Below are positions 10,629-20,100 of a stretch of 64,000 bases of DNA, piece by piece. Location of the stretch: the IMG/VR virus record IMGVR_UViG_3300008253_000110, positions 158 to 64,157 of that record; one strand, written 5' to 3'. Within the stretch, counting starts at the first letter, position 1; every line of letters starts with the position of its first letter. A program made the translations under genes and the position numbers. Origin of the DNA: a virus. Under the pieces are notes generated by a model. The model saw nothing but the letters and a program-made list of their open reading frames with translations. It was not told the origin of the DNA and ran no database searches.

Positions 10629-12212
10629 CTATGCATCTGATGTTATTGTCATTGCCACATGAGCACTATAGGGGAAATAGGCTATTCTATTTTCACTATT
10701 TTGTAAACTTACATCGTTTGCAAAAAACGTCGCTGCATTTGTTTCATCCGTGGGCCCTTGGTATAGTAAATCTTTAATTGAATTAGTATGCCACCACTCA
10801 CGTAATTGTGCAGGTGTCCATCCTGGGTTTAATTGTAATAGTAAACAACTCATACCAGCTATTTGAGGTGTAGACATTGATGTTCCTGTTATACTACTAT
10901 ATGTACTACTTGAGTAATCGTAAGCACTTAAAATATCTGAGCCAGCTGCCCATATATCAACCCTAGGACCTTTGTCACTACTACCTGCATTAGCTTCTTT
11001 GATAGTTCCATTATCATTGTATAAGGCACTATTTATGTTACCTACAACAACTGTGTCCGGACCTATGTTACCCGCGCCTCTATTATAATAGACAGGACTT
11101 CCTACAGGTATATGACCCGTAGCATAATTTCTGGTAATATAATTGTCGTAATCGATATCACCCGGATAACAGAGTTTTTGCTTTTGATTACCTGCACTTT
11201 TAAAATAATGTACACCAACTGATTGCATATCCTCAACTGCAGCATTTAGACTCCATGCCGACGTATTAAACCTTCCCGAACTGTCACCAATCATTCCATA
11301 ATCGCGACTTTTTGTAGTACCTACACTACTTCCTCTAAATTGAATACCTGACATGTAACTAAAGTAACCTTTAATGCCCCAGCTTGCACTTACTACTGTA
11401 GGACGTTTAAATCCTGTAACTGGATCAATGGGTTTAGCTAAATGAAATTCTTTAATGACAGAAAACCAATCAGCCTCGTTGCCGTTACCTGGGTTAAATT
11501 CATTGACTGGCATAGTATATATTGCAGCCCCTTTTGCCCAACCAACATCTTTCCCTACAGCAGTTCCGGCACAATGAGTTGCATGCGAGCTGGCAGCTGA
11601 GCTGGCAGCTGATGAATAGTCTAGTGTTGGTAGATGACTATGATTAGGGAGTGTATTCCATTGAAAAGGTACAACACGACTATTACCGTCTTTATCTAGA
11701 AATTGTTCGTGGTCAGTCCTAATGAACCCACCTTCTTGATGTATATAATCAATACCAGTACCATCTAAATGATAATCGTAGGTTGTTCCAGCTGGTAAAT
11801 CATTAGCAACATTTACTCCCCATTGGTTTGTTGTTTTAGTATGTCTTGACAATCCCCAATTAGTTCTAGCAGGACTTTCAGTTGACACACCATAGGTAGA
11901 TGGTGACTCTCTAACCCACGAGCCCCCGAAAGGAGGTTCTTCAACGTCTAACCACTCATCTGACCACTCCAGAGGAAGTTCAACACCTACTACTTCAGGA
12001 TGATTTGAAATCTCAGTAGCTTCTTCGTCTGTAAGAGATACTTGCAAGATACGAGGACTAGAGAGATTAGGTCTTACAATTTCAACTATTCTGTCTGGAA
12101 TTATACTGCTGTCAACATTACTATCATTCGTTGTATCCCTCTTAAGATTGTCTAAAAATTCATCTTTATTAGCACCTTTTATTAGAGTAATAACTTTACG
12201 ATTCTCATTCAT
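10629..12212 (-). CDS. Subtilisin-like S8 serine protease 4 (527 aa), with Glu at the catalytic Asp position
   Basis: Motifs GIDYIHQEGG, HATHCAGTAVG, SAGN and GTSMSTPQIAG. Confidence 0.9.
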   Translation of the reverse strand: MNENRKVITLIKGANKDEFLDNLKRDTTNDSNVDSSIIPDRIVEIVRPNLSSPRILQVSLTDEEATEISNHPEVVGVELPLEWSDEWLDVEEPPFGGSWVRESPSTYGVSTESPARTNWGLSRHTKTTNQWGVNVANDLPAGTTYDYHLDGTGIDYIHQEGGFIRTDHEQFLDKDGNSRVVPFQWNTLPNHSHLPTLDYSSAASSAASSHATHCAGTAVGKDVGWAKGAAIYTMPVNEFNPGNGNEADWFSVIKEFHLAKPIDPVTGFKRPTVVSASWGIKGYFSYMSGIQFRGSSVGTTKSRDYGMIGDSSGRFNTSAWSLNAAVEDMQSVGVHYFKSAGNQKQKLCYPGDIDYDNYITRNYATGHIPVGSPVYYNRGAGNIGPDTVVVGNINSALYNDNGTIKEANAGSSDKGPRVDIWAAGSDILSAYDYSSSTYSSITGTSMSTPQIAGMSCLLLQLNPGWTPAQLREWWHTNSIKDLLYQGPTDETNAATFFANDVSLQNSENRIAYFPYSAHVAMTITSDA

Positions 12213-12432
12213 TTTTCTACCTTTTAGATATTATATTTTAATACATTAATAGTATTTATCCTTATGTTTCAAAGGAATTAAATTTTACCCCATTTGTTTA
12301 TAGGACATGCGGATGATTTTAGTCTTATCTTACCCTCTATAATACACCCACATTTAGAACATAAGTCAACACCTACATTTTTTTTAAACTCGCAAGCTAA
12401 ACATATAGCCTTTCTAGATTTAATAAATTCAC

Positions 12433-12978
12433 TCATGTCTTCGCTTTGGCTGCAAGTTTAGCCATTTCAAGAGCGGCGTATTGGCGTCTAGCTTCAAGGG
12501 TAGCTAATTCAGAGTCGGAAAGACTATCTGTTTTAGAATCTTCAATCGGTTGTGATAGATCAGTACCTTCTGGTAGATTAACTGATGATGACATAATAAT
12601 ATTACCTGATGTTTCGGGTTTCTGTTCCGTTAGTTTCTTTCCGTTTATTGAGTTTTTTAAAGAAAGTTTTCCTGTTGATATGGGCTCATAACCAGGAATA
12701 TCCAAATACCTCCACGCTTTATCTATACACCCTTCTCCACTGAATACTACTTCAGTTTCAAACTTTATTAGATCCACTATTTTAACTTCGGGAGTAGCTG
12801 TCGGTCTAAATAATTCAACCCACATAGAGTGTTCTTCAGATAAGATATCTACTATAATAAATCTATTTTCCTCTTTGGGAAAATTTGTCAATTTCCTTAA
12901 CCTTACTAAAGCTTCAAGTTCCTTAGCACAGGGATCACACAGCTGTGATGTAAATAATATTATATGTCGTTTAATCAT
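12433..12978 (-). CDS. Thioredoxin-like CxxC protein (181 aa)
   Basis: IILFTSQLCDPCAKEL is a beta strand followed by CxxC and a helix; a later PT..P segment is compatible with the cis-Pro loop. Confidence 0.55.
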   Translation of the reverse strand: MIKRHIILFTSQLCDPCAKELEALVRLRKLTNFPKEENRFIIVDILSEEHSMWVELFRPTATPEVKIVDLIKFETEVVFSGEGCIDKAWRYLDIPGYEPISTGKLSLKNSINGKKLTEQKPETSGNIIMSSSVNLPEGTDLSQPIEDSKTDSLSDSELATLEARRQYAALEMAKLAAKAKT

Positions 12979-13004
12979 TGTTATTTTACCTTAGTTGAGT
13001 TGTG

Positions 13005-16000
13005 TTAAGTATTCCACGGACCTTGTGGGCATTCAGGTTCATTACTACCCCAGTTAGCAAATTTCACTATAGTAGCTTTAGGTGAAGCTTCAATGTACAC
13101 GTTACCTAAAGCACCTCTAGTGATGCCATTTAAATTCATATTAGAAAGAGCCCCATTACCATCCTCACCATTATTTAAGAGCTGCCCATACCGAGAATCC
13201 ATAATTCCGCTAAGCTCATCATTAAATAAAGTAGTTAGTTGATCACTTAAGCCTGTGTTATGATCAGGTATACTTTTTAGTATGTTTAGATTGGTATTGT
13301 CCGTGAGGGTATTAAAAGAAACGGTAGTTTGTTCCGGCGTTACAATACTACTTGTTGTATTACAAACGGAAGTATACGGGTGGTTTTCTGGTTCTATTAT
13401 ACTCAAGATTGCAATACGCATATCTTTTATACGAATTGATGCATTTTGATAATTAAGATCTGTAATTTGGCACTGAGGATGAAATTTATCCATAATGGGG
13501 GCTCCATAAGCCCTTGCACAATTAGAAAAGTTAAAGAAATCTGAGACATCTTTTTCTAAGTAAAGAGATAAATTATTATTAGCCACTCCCCATTCACGCA
13601 GTTCATTTTGATTTGTGTTAGCCCAATTGGTATATTCAGCCGGAATAAGAGAAGTTGGTAACTGCATACTAGTCATGGTATTAGTAAGACAAGGGGGTGC
13701 TACCATATCAATAGTAAAGGGAATCTCTGGTATAGATTCAGTTAAGTAGTATTCACCCTCTTGAATCCCCGACTCATTATCACCAAAATAAATATTTATA
13801 CAGGTTGCCGCAGTACATTTTTGTGAAATCCCTGTACGATAATGGGTCTGAGATTCCCCATTCTTAAGATAGTTAGTATTTGGATAAGACAATACATGAT
13901 TGGTGCTACCATAGTTGAGTTCCGTAATCGGAAATGCTATAGGCTTTAGGTAATTAATGTTAAATGGATACCCTCCACCCGCTCCCAAACTAGGATTACA
14001 AATGTTAATATCACCTACCGCGGCGCATGCTGTTAATGCATCATCAACCTCCTTAAAAGTTGTTTGAAGCCAATAAGAAAAGTCAATACCCGTAACACAA
14101 GCCCATGACCCATCGTATGTTGACTCAGTCATTAACGAGTATTCTGGGTCCACACCATTAGGATCATTTGCACTAAGTGGACACCCTACAGTACATAGTG
14201 CACCTGCAGACTTTTCAAGGTAGTCAGGTAAGCTTGCAACATAATACTGATAAAGAAACCGGTCAGTTTCAATTTTGATATTATCACCTATTACGGCAGA
14301 ATTTATAACTATGTTTCCAGTATCTGGGTAGTAATAGACAGCTATTGCAATAGATGCCCCTGAACCATTATTGTACTGTGCCTCTGTAATACCTGAGTGA
14401 TATCTTTGTTTATAATCTTCGAAGGTTGGTACTCTTGTACCTGCAGCGACTGTGACCATATCATAATTACCAGAAACCGTCCAATCCTCCTGCTCATGGT
14501 CATTTCGCAGAAGAACCCCATTTTTATAAACTCTTATAAAGTCCTTATTTATTCGTGGGTGATCAAAGAACTCAGTTATCGAGCTGGCATACCCATAATC
14601 AGTCATTGCAATTGCTGGAAACACCGGAGCATAGGAAAGATAGACATAACTTCCTGAGTTTGTACCTACTACATATTCAACTGTATAATGTATTGCTACT
14701 TCAAGATCAAAACACTGACCATAATATGGATTTGATGGATCTCGTACTGTTCCACCTTTAGCATCAATTAAGGCCCCAGCTGTGAAATTTCCTGATCCGT
14801 CCGGTACTTGTACGCGTGCTCCGTTCGTAGTATAAGGATTAGGAAAGGATCTTCGTAGGTCTGATGTATAATCTTCACCGCTGGGATCACCTTCAGGCCA
14901 TGATGGTTCCTCAGTTTCACTAAATCCACACCATTCCTTCAAAGTAAGATCAGTACCACTTATAGTTACACTTGTACCTGGTATTGCCAATGGAGTACCG
15001 TTAGTATAACTTCCCCCCGAAAAAGTCAATTCCCCATTATTACCTGGAATAGCACCACACGTCTCTATACGACTTGCTTGATTATATGGAACAAATCCTA
15101 GTTGAAAGAAAATAGTATATTTAGTTCCCACCACAGGTTCAGAAACCATTTCTATTCGTTCATAAGTAATATCATATGTATATTTACAAGCATAAAACGA
15201 TATTAAATAATCATTTGAGAGTAGCTCAGAACCTGCAAAATTAGGCATATCAATTCTTACTTTAACTACTTTATCCTCATCCCCTAAGGCATAATCATAA
15301 TTAACTGGCTGAGTCATAACTTTACCGTCACCTGAACCACCAAAAATAACCTCATTGGCATTAATTTCAATATTTTCTAATGACCAAGCAACTTCATTAT
15401 TTTCAACTTGATAAAGATTATAAACTGGCCAAGCACCAGAAGGCATTGCAATTCTTGTTGCTGTACCTTCCGGTGTTGTTGAGGGCTGTGTAAGAGAGTG
15501 GTTAAAAGTAAAGGAATACTCAAAGACGTGATGATTGGGTTCACCATCTAATGAAGGAACAAGGACCTTTAATGATGTTATATTCTGTGTAAAATCTACA
15601 CACTTTAGTGAAGTTAGTTCTAAATTGACGTTATTAATACCCAATGGGTCACTAAAGCCAGATATTTTTTTAGAATTAGCTAAGGTAATATTATTAGTAT
15701 TTTGTACAATATTTGGTAAATTAGAAGATCCTAAAGTATAATCCTGCAGGTGAACTTCATTTGGAGTAGCTGTATCCCTATTACTAAGTCTGTTTTTGAT
15801 AGTAAGAAGAGATGCAGTATCTGGTAATACCATACCATCAGGGTCAGGTGATATAGTAAATGTTAAATGGGTAGCAATAGCAATAGGTAACATATTAGTC
15901 GTGGAATTAGTTATGTTACCAACAAAAAATGAAATAGTTTCTACAAGATCAATCCACTCACCGTTTACATCCTTTACAAAAAGGTTTTCTACTGTCGTTC

Positions 16001-17183
16001 TTGAAACAGCATAAGCAAAAACCCCTGTGGAATCTATAACTAATGACCCATAAGCTCCATTAAGTGTTGTATTCCCATTTTCGGCGATTACGGTTATTCC
16101 AGGCCCTTCAGCTTCAAATTCTTCATCTGTAATAACAGTTAATCCACATTTTAACATTCGGATGTTCCAATCATTACCCGCTGGCATGGTGTCCATATAA
16201 AAGGGTAGTAGATTCGAAGTTATAGCAGGTGCGGGATCATTCTCATACTCTACTGCACTTAAATCCAGATTTACTACATATCCCGACCATGCTTCATTTA
16301 GTATTGGCTCATGCCAATTTGTATTTTTACCAAAAATAGCCTGAATCCCATCAATATCTCCCCATCCCAATTGCTGTATATCACCTGTAGGAGTGCCAGA
16401 TGTGGTGGTTTGCCCATAAACATATGTGAACATAATTTGATCTTCATAACCTTCCCCATCGTACTCATAAGATGCTTCATTATTAACATGCCCCAGACCA
16501 AGTGAATGTCCAATTTCATGAGCCAATACTGTTCTGAAATCCGCCTTCATGGTATTGTTATTTAAATTGGGTCCCCAGGGAGATGATAGATCCAATGCTT
16601 TAGAATACCATCTATAATTGGTATGTACATGGATATCCCCCATAATTGCTAATGTGAGTGGACTTCCGAAAGGGGCAGGAAGATTGTAGGTTTCTCCCAT
16701 ATATGCATGCTGGGTTGTATATTCAGATGACCACGAAGCTGCGTCTCCACACCATATTATAATGTTAGCATATTCGGGGCTTGCGATAATTGCAGCTTCG
16801 TCGTATTCTACATAATTAAAGACAAGATCAGCTACCTCAGCCCAAAGAGCAAAACAAGCCTCAGCGTCTTCTTTTACTTTGGCCATTACCTGAGCTTCGG
16901 TTAAGCTATGCCCGACATAACCGGATGCTGATGCTTGTGGCCATATAGTTGACCAGTCTAGTGTATGACTCCAAAGAGGATACGACGAGTTACCAGCTGA
17001 TCCAGGATATAAATCATTTAAATCAGAGTACAAGCCTTCACTACCCGATGAATATCCAGAAAGGCCACCTGGCCCTATTGTCCATGTAATTGGATTGTCA
17101 TATCTTGTATATGCAAATCCTGGTGTGCCAGCAAAAGCCCGTTGATTAAAGGGATTACGATTTCTAGCTAAAGAATGAGACAT
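13005..17183 (-). CDS. Large virion-type protein with an N-terminal metzincin (matrixin/M10-like) metalloprotease domain (1392 aa)
   Basis: The HEIGHSLGLGH zinc motif (16488-16520) is followed by a QIMF Met-turn. A GAYGSLVIDSTGVFAY adhesin-like repeat and a Cys-rich C-terminal third follow. Confidence 0.85.
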   Translation of the reverse strand: MSHSLARNRNPFNQRAFAGTPGFAYTRYDNPITWTIGPGGLSGYSSGSEGLYSDLNDLYPGSAGNSSYPLWSHTLDWSTIWPQASASGYVGHSLTEAQVMAKVKEDAEACFALWAEVADLVFNYVEYDEAAIIASPEYANIIIWCGDAASWSSEYTTQHAYMGETYNLPAPFGSPLTLAIMGDIHVHTNYRWYSKALDLSSPWGPNLNNNTMKADFRTVLAHEIGHSLGLGHVNNEASYEYDGEGYEDQIMFTYVYGQTTTSGTPTGDIQQLGWGDIDGIQAIFGKNTNWHEPILNEAWSGYVVNLDLSAVEYENDPAPAITSNLLPFYMDTMPAGNDWNIRMLKCGLTVITDEEFEAEGPGITVIAENGNTTLNGAYGSLVIDSTGVFAYAVSRTTVENLFVKDVNGEWIDLVETISFFVGNITNSTTNMLPIAIATHLTFTISPDPDGMVLPDTASLLTIKNRLSNRDTATPNEVHLQDYTLGSSNLPNIVQNTNNITLANSKKISGFSDPLGINNVNLELTSLKCVDFTQNITSLKVLVPSLDGEPNHHVFEYSFTFNHSLTQPSTTPEGTATRIAMPSGAWPVYNLYQVENNEVAWSLENIEINANEVIFGGSGDGKVMTQPVNYDYALGDEDKVVKVRIDMPNFAGSELLSNDYLISFYACKYTYDITYERIEMVSEPVVGTKYTIFFQLGFVPYNQASRIETCGAIPGNNGELTFSGGSYTNGTPLAIPGTSVTISGTDLTLKEWCGFSETEEPSWPEGDPSGEDYTSDLRRSFPNPYTTNGARVQVPDGSGNFTAGALIDAKGGTVRDPSNPYYGQCFDLEVAIHYTVEYVVGTNSGSYVYLSYAPVFPAIAMTDYGYASSITEFFDHPRINKDFIRVYKNGVLLRNDHEQEDWTVSGNYDMVTVAAGTRVPTFEDYKQRYHSGITEAQYNNGSGASIAIAVYYYPDTGNIVINSAVIGDNIKIETDRFLYQYYVASLPDYLEKSAGALCTVGCPLSANDPNGVDPEYSLMTESTYDGSWACVTGIDFSYWLQTTFKEVDDALTACAAVGDINICNPSLGAGGGYPFNINYLKPIAFPITELNYGSTNHVLSYPNTNYLKNGESQTHYRTGISQKCTAATCINIYFGDNESGIQEGEYYLTESIPEIPFTIDMVAPPCLTNTMTSMQLPTSLIPAEYTNWANTNQNELREWGVANNNLSLYLEKDVSDFFNFSNCARAYGAPIMDKFHPQCQITDLNYQNASIRIKDMRIAILSIIEPENHPYTSVCNTTSSIVTPEQTTVSFNTLTDNTNLNILKSIPDHNTGLSDQLTTLFNDELSGIMDSRYGQLLNNGEDGNGALSNMNLNGITRGALGNVYIEASPKATIVKFANWGSNEPECPQGPWNT

Positions 17184-20100
17184 TATTTATTCTCCAGAAT
17201 TTCAATCCTTTTTAATAATTCTTGATTCTGTTTCCATAGAAGTGCTGTAATTTTAGAATATTTTAATGCTAGATAACCTTCATCTGTAGTATGTACTAAT
17301 TCAGGTACACTATCTTCAAAATCCTGAGCAATAAACCCTATATCACCGTCATTAAATGTCACTGGATTAATAACCTTAAGAAGAGGAACTGAGTCCGTTT
17401 CGAGAGTCTTTATATTTGTCTTAAGTCTACGGTCTGAACTTAATACAAAATCAGTTGCGGTTAAAATACCAGTTATAGTAGAATTACCTGTTTTACTTAC
17501 AAAATTAGAAGTGCTCACATCAGTCCAAGGTACATTAACGTACATTTTACCCGAAGATAGTTGAACCGGATAATTCCTACCCGTGGCATTTAGAGTATAC
17601 CCTATCTTAACTAAACCTAAAGTTCCTGATGTTGCTGTAGAGTATGTTGTATTCGTATAATTACTAGCGTGGATAACAGCAGTAGCACTTTGATCTATAG
17701 TCCAATCAACACCACCACCACTAAATATTGTTCCGTTGATATACAATCCATTACTATCAACTTTAATTCGTTCTGTTTCACCAGCACCGATAAGAACAGT
17801 ATCAGCTAATAGTGATGATCCTGCTAAATGACCAATAACGGTATTATTATTACCAGTTGTTATTGCCATACCAGCACCATAACCGATACCTATATTCTTA
17901 GTACCTGAAGAGGTAGAGATTAAGGCCGCATAACCAACTGCAACATTGGATCTTACCATTGTTGTCGATTCTGAACCTAATGCTCCTGTTCCTAACCCTA
18001 CTGATAATGATGTTGCGTTATAATATCCATCAGATAAGGCATCTATACTACCACCACCAGCTGGTATATTAACTTCGATGTCATCTAAACCGTCATTTCT
18101 ACTAATTGTCAAATCTCTCGAAGAATTATCAAATGTAGCTGAGTCTACATAACTATTAGCACCAAGAGTGCTTAAATCTAATGTTAGGTCGGCAAAACTT
18201 GTATCTTTGAATTTTAGGGTTATATCTGTACCATTTTGTGATACACTCTCAATATAATTATCACTACCATTTCCACCAGAACCTGTACCTACATCAACCC
18301 AACCTGTCCCATTATGAAATACTAAATTACCTTTTGTAGAATCATAAGCAGTATCCCCACTCGTTCCTGCAGGTAATGCAGTAGTAACAAAGTTACCAAA
18401 TCGAAGAGGTGCATCTTGTATTACAACTGCAGCAGTTGGATATAAGACTATATTAGTAGCCGAAGTAATAGTCGGTATACCTGTCCCTGTACTTAAAATC
18501 TTATTAGTATGGATTTCACCAGCACTTAAAGCAGTAGATGAATAATTATACGTTAAACCTGCGTCGCCTTCAAATGAACCGTTACTATTAAATTGTACTT
18601 GTGTATCAGATCCACCTGGAGTTCCACTGCCTCCACCACTAGAACCTTCAACCCATGGTACATTAACATACATTTTACCAAAAGATAACTCAACTGGATA
18701 ATTCCTACCAATACCATCTAGAGTATATCCTATCTTAACTAAACCAAGATTACCTGATGTTGCTTGAGCGTATGTTGTATTAGTATTATTATAATTATTA
18801 GCATGGATATCACCGACCCCAGAGGATTGATCCTGAGTCCAATCAGTATAATTGCCAGAATGTATATTAGTAATACCCTGATCTATAGTCCAATCCAGAT
18901 TTGCAGCATAACCAGAGGTAAATACTTGGCCGTTGATATACAAATTATTGGCATCAATCTTTAATCGTTCTGTTGTACCTGCCGTAATAACTACTGTATC
19001 AGAAGTAAACGTTGTTGGATCTCCAACATCATCCATACCTTCATACCAACCAATAATAGTATTATTAGACCCCCTTATATTCTTTCCAGCCTTATAACCA
19101 ATACCAATATTATAGTCACCTTCAGTGTTAGAGAATAAAGCCTGATAACCAGCAGCTGTATTTGATCCACCTCCAATACAAAATTTTTGTGAATCACTAC
19201 CAATAGCTGTGTTATAATTAGCTGTGGTGTACCTTAAAGACTGCCAACCATGAGCTGTGTTATTACTACCTATTTCGTTAGTGTATAATGACTCATAACC
19301 AGTAGCTGTGTTAGCCCCATTATGGTCGCCAACCACGTTATTGAATAATGCTCTTGTACCAATAGCTGTATTATTACTACCTGCTTCGTTAGCTTCTAAA
19401 GCCTGAACACCAACAGCTACGTTATAATGACCAATGGTGTTATTTCGTAGAGCACTCAAACCAATAGCAACATGGCTATAACCTGTAGTGTTATCATATA
19501 GAGCATTTACACCAACAGCTGTGTTATTACTATAACCTGATTCGTTACTGTATAAAGCCCCTATACCAACAGCTGTACTGTAAGCACCTGTGGTGTTAGT
19601 AAACAAAGCATCTTTACCAATAGCAGTGTTTTGATAGCCTGTATCATTATTTGCTAAAGCATTAACACCAACAGCTGTATTAAATCTATCTGAGTTCCCT
19701 GTTTCATTAGCTAAACTCCCTGTACCTAATCCAAGTGATACTGATGTTGCGTTATAATACCCGTCAGTTAAGTCATTTATTGCAGATGCTCCGCCACCAG
19801 GACCACTAGAACCTGTACCTATATCGGTCCAAGCTGTGCCATCCCAGAATATTAATTTGTTTGTTGAGGAATTATAAACAATATCACCCTTAGTACCTGT
19901 GGGTAATTCAATAGTGCTATAATTACCAAGACGAAGAGGTGATTTTTCTATTACAACTGCACTAGCTGCACTTAATATTAAATTAGAGACTGAGGTAATA
20001 GTCGGTATACCTGTTGTTATAGAACTTAACTCCCCTTCAATAAAACAATCAGTTAGAGTAAGGTTTACAGTTGATACCTTATCAGTTGCAGAATCAGTAA

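Noticed and set aside
12337-12369. Sigma70-like TTGACT...TATTAT on the minus strand upstream of the subtilase cluster
   Set aside because: The spacer is 19 nt rather than about 17, and such hexamers are frequent in AT-rich DNA.
3061-14460. Repeated motif copies as a diversity-generating retroelement TR/VR pair
   Set aside because: Differences between copies are not restricted to adenines, both copies are internal to long ORFs, and no reverse transcriptase is present in the window.
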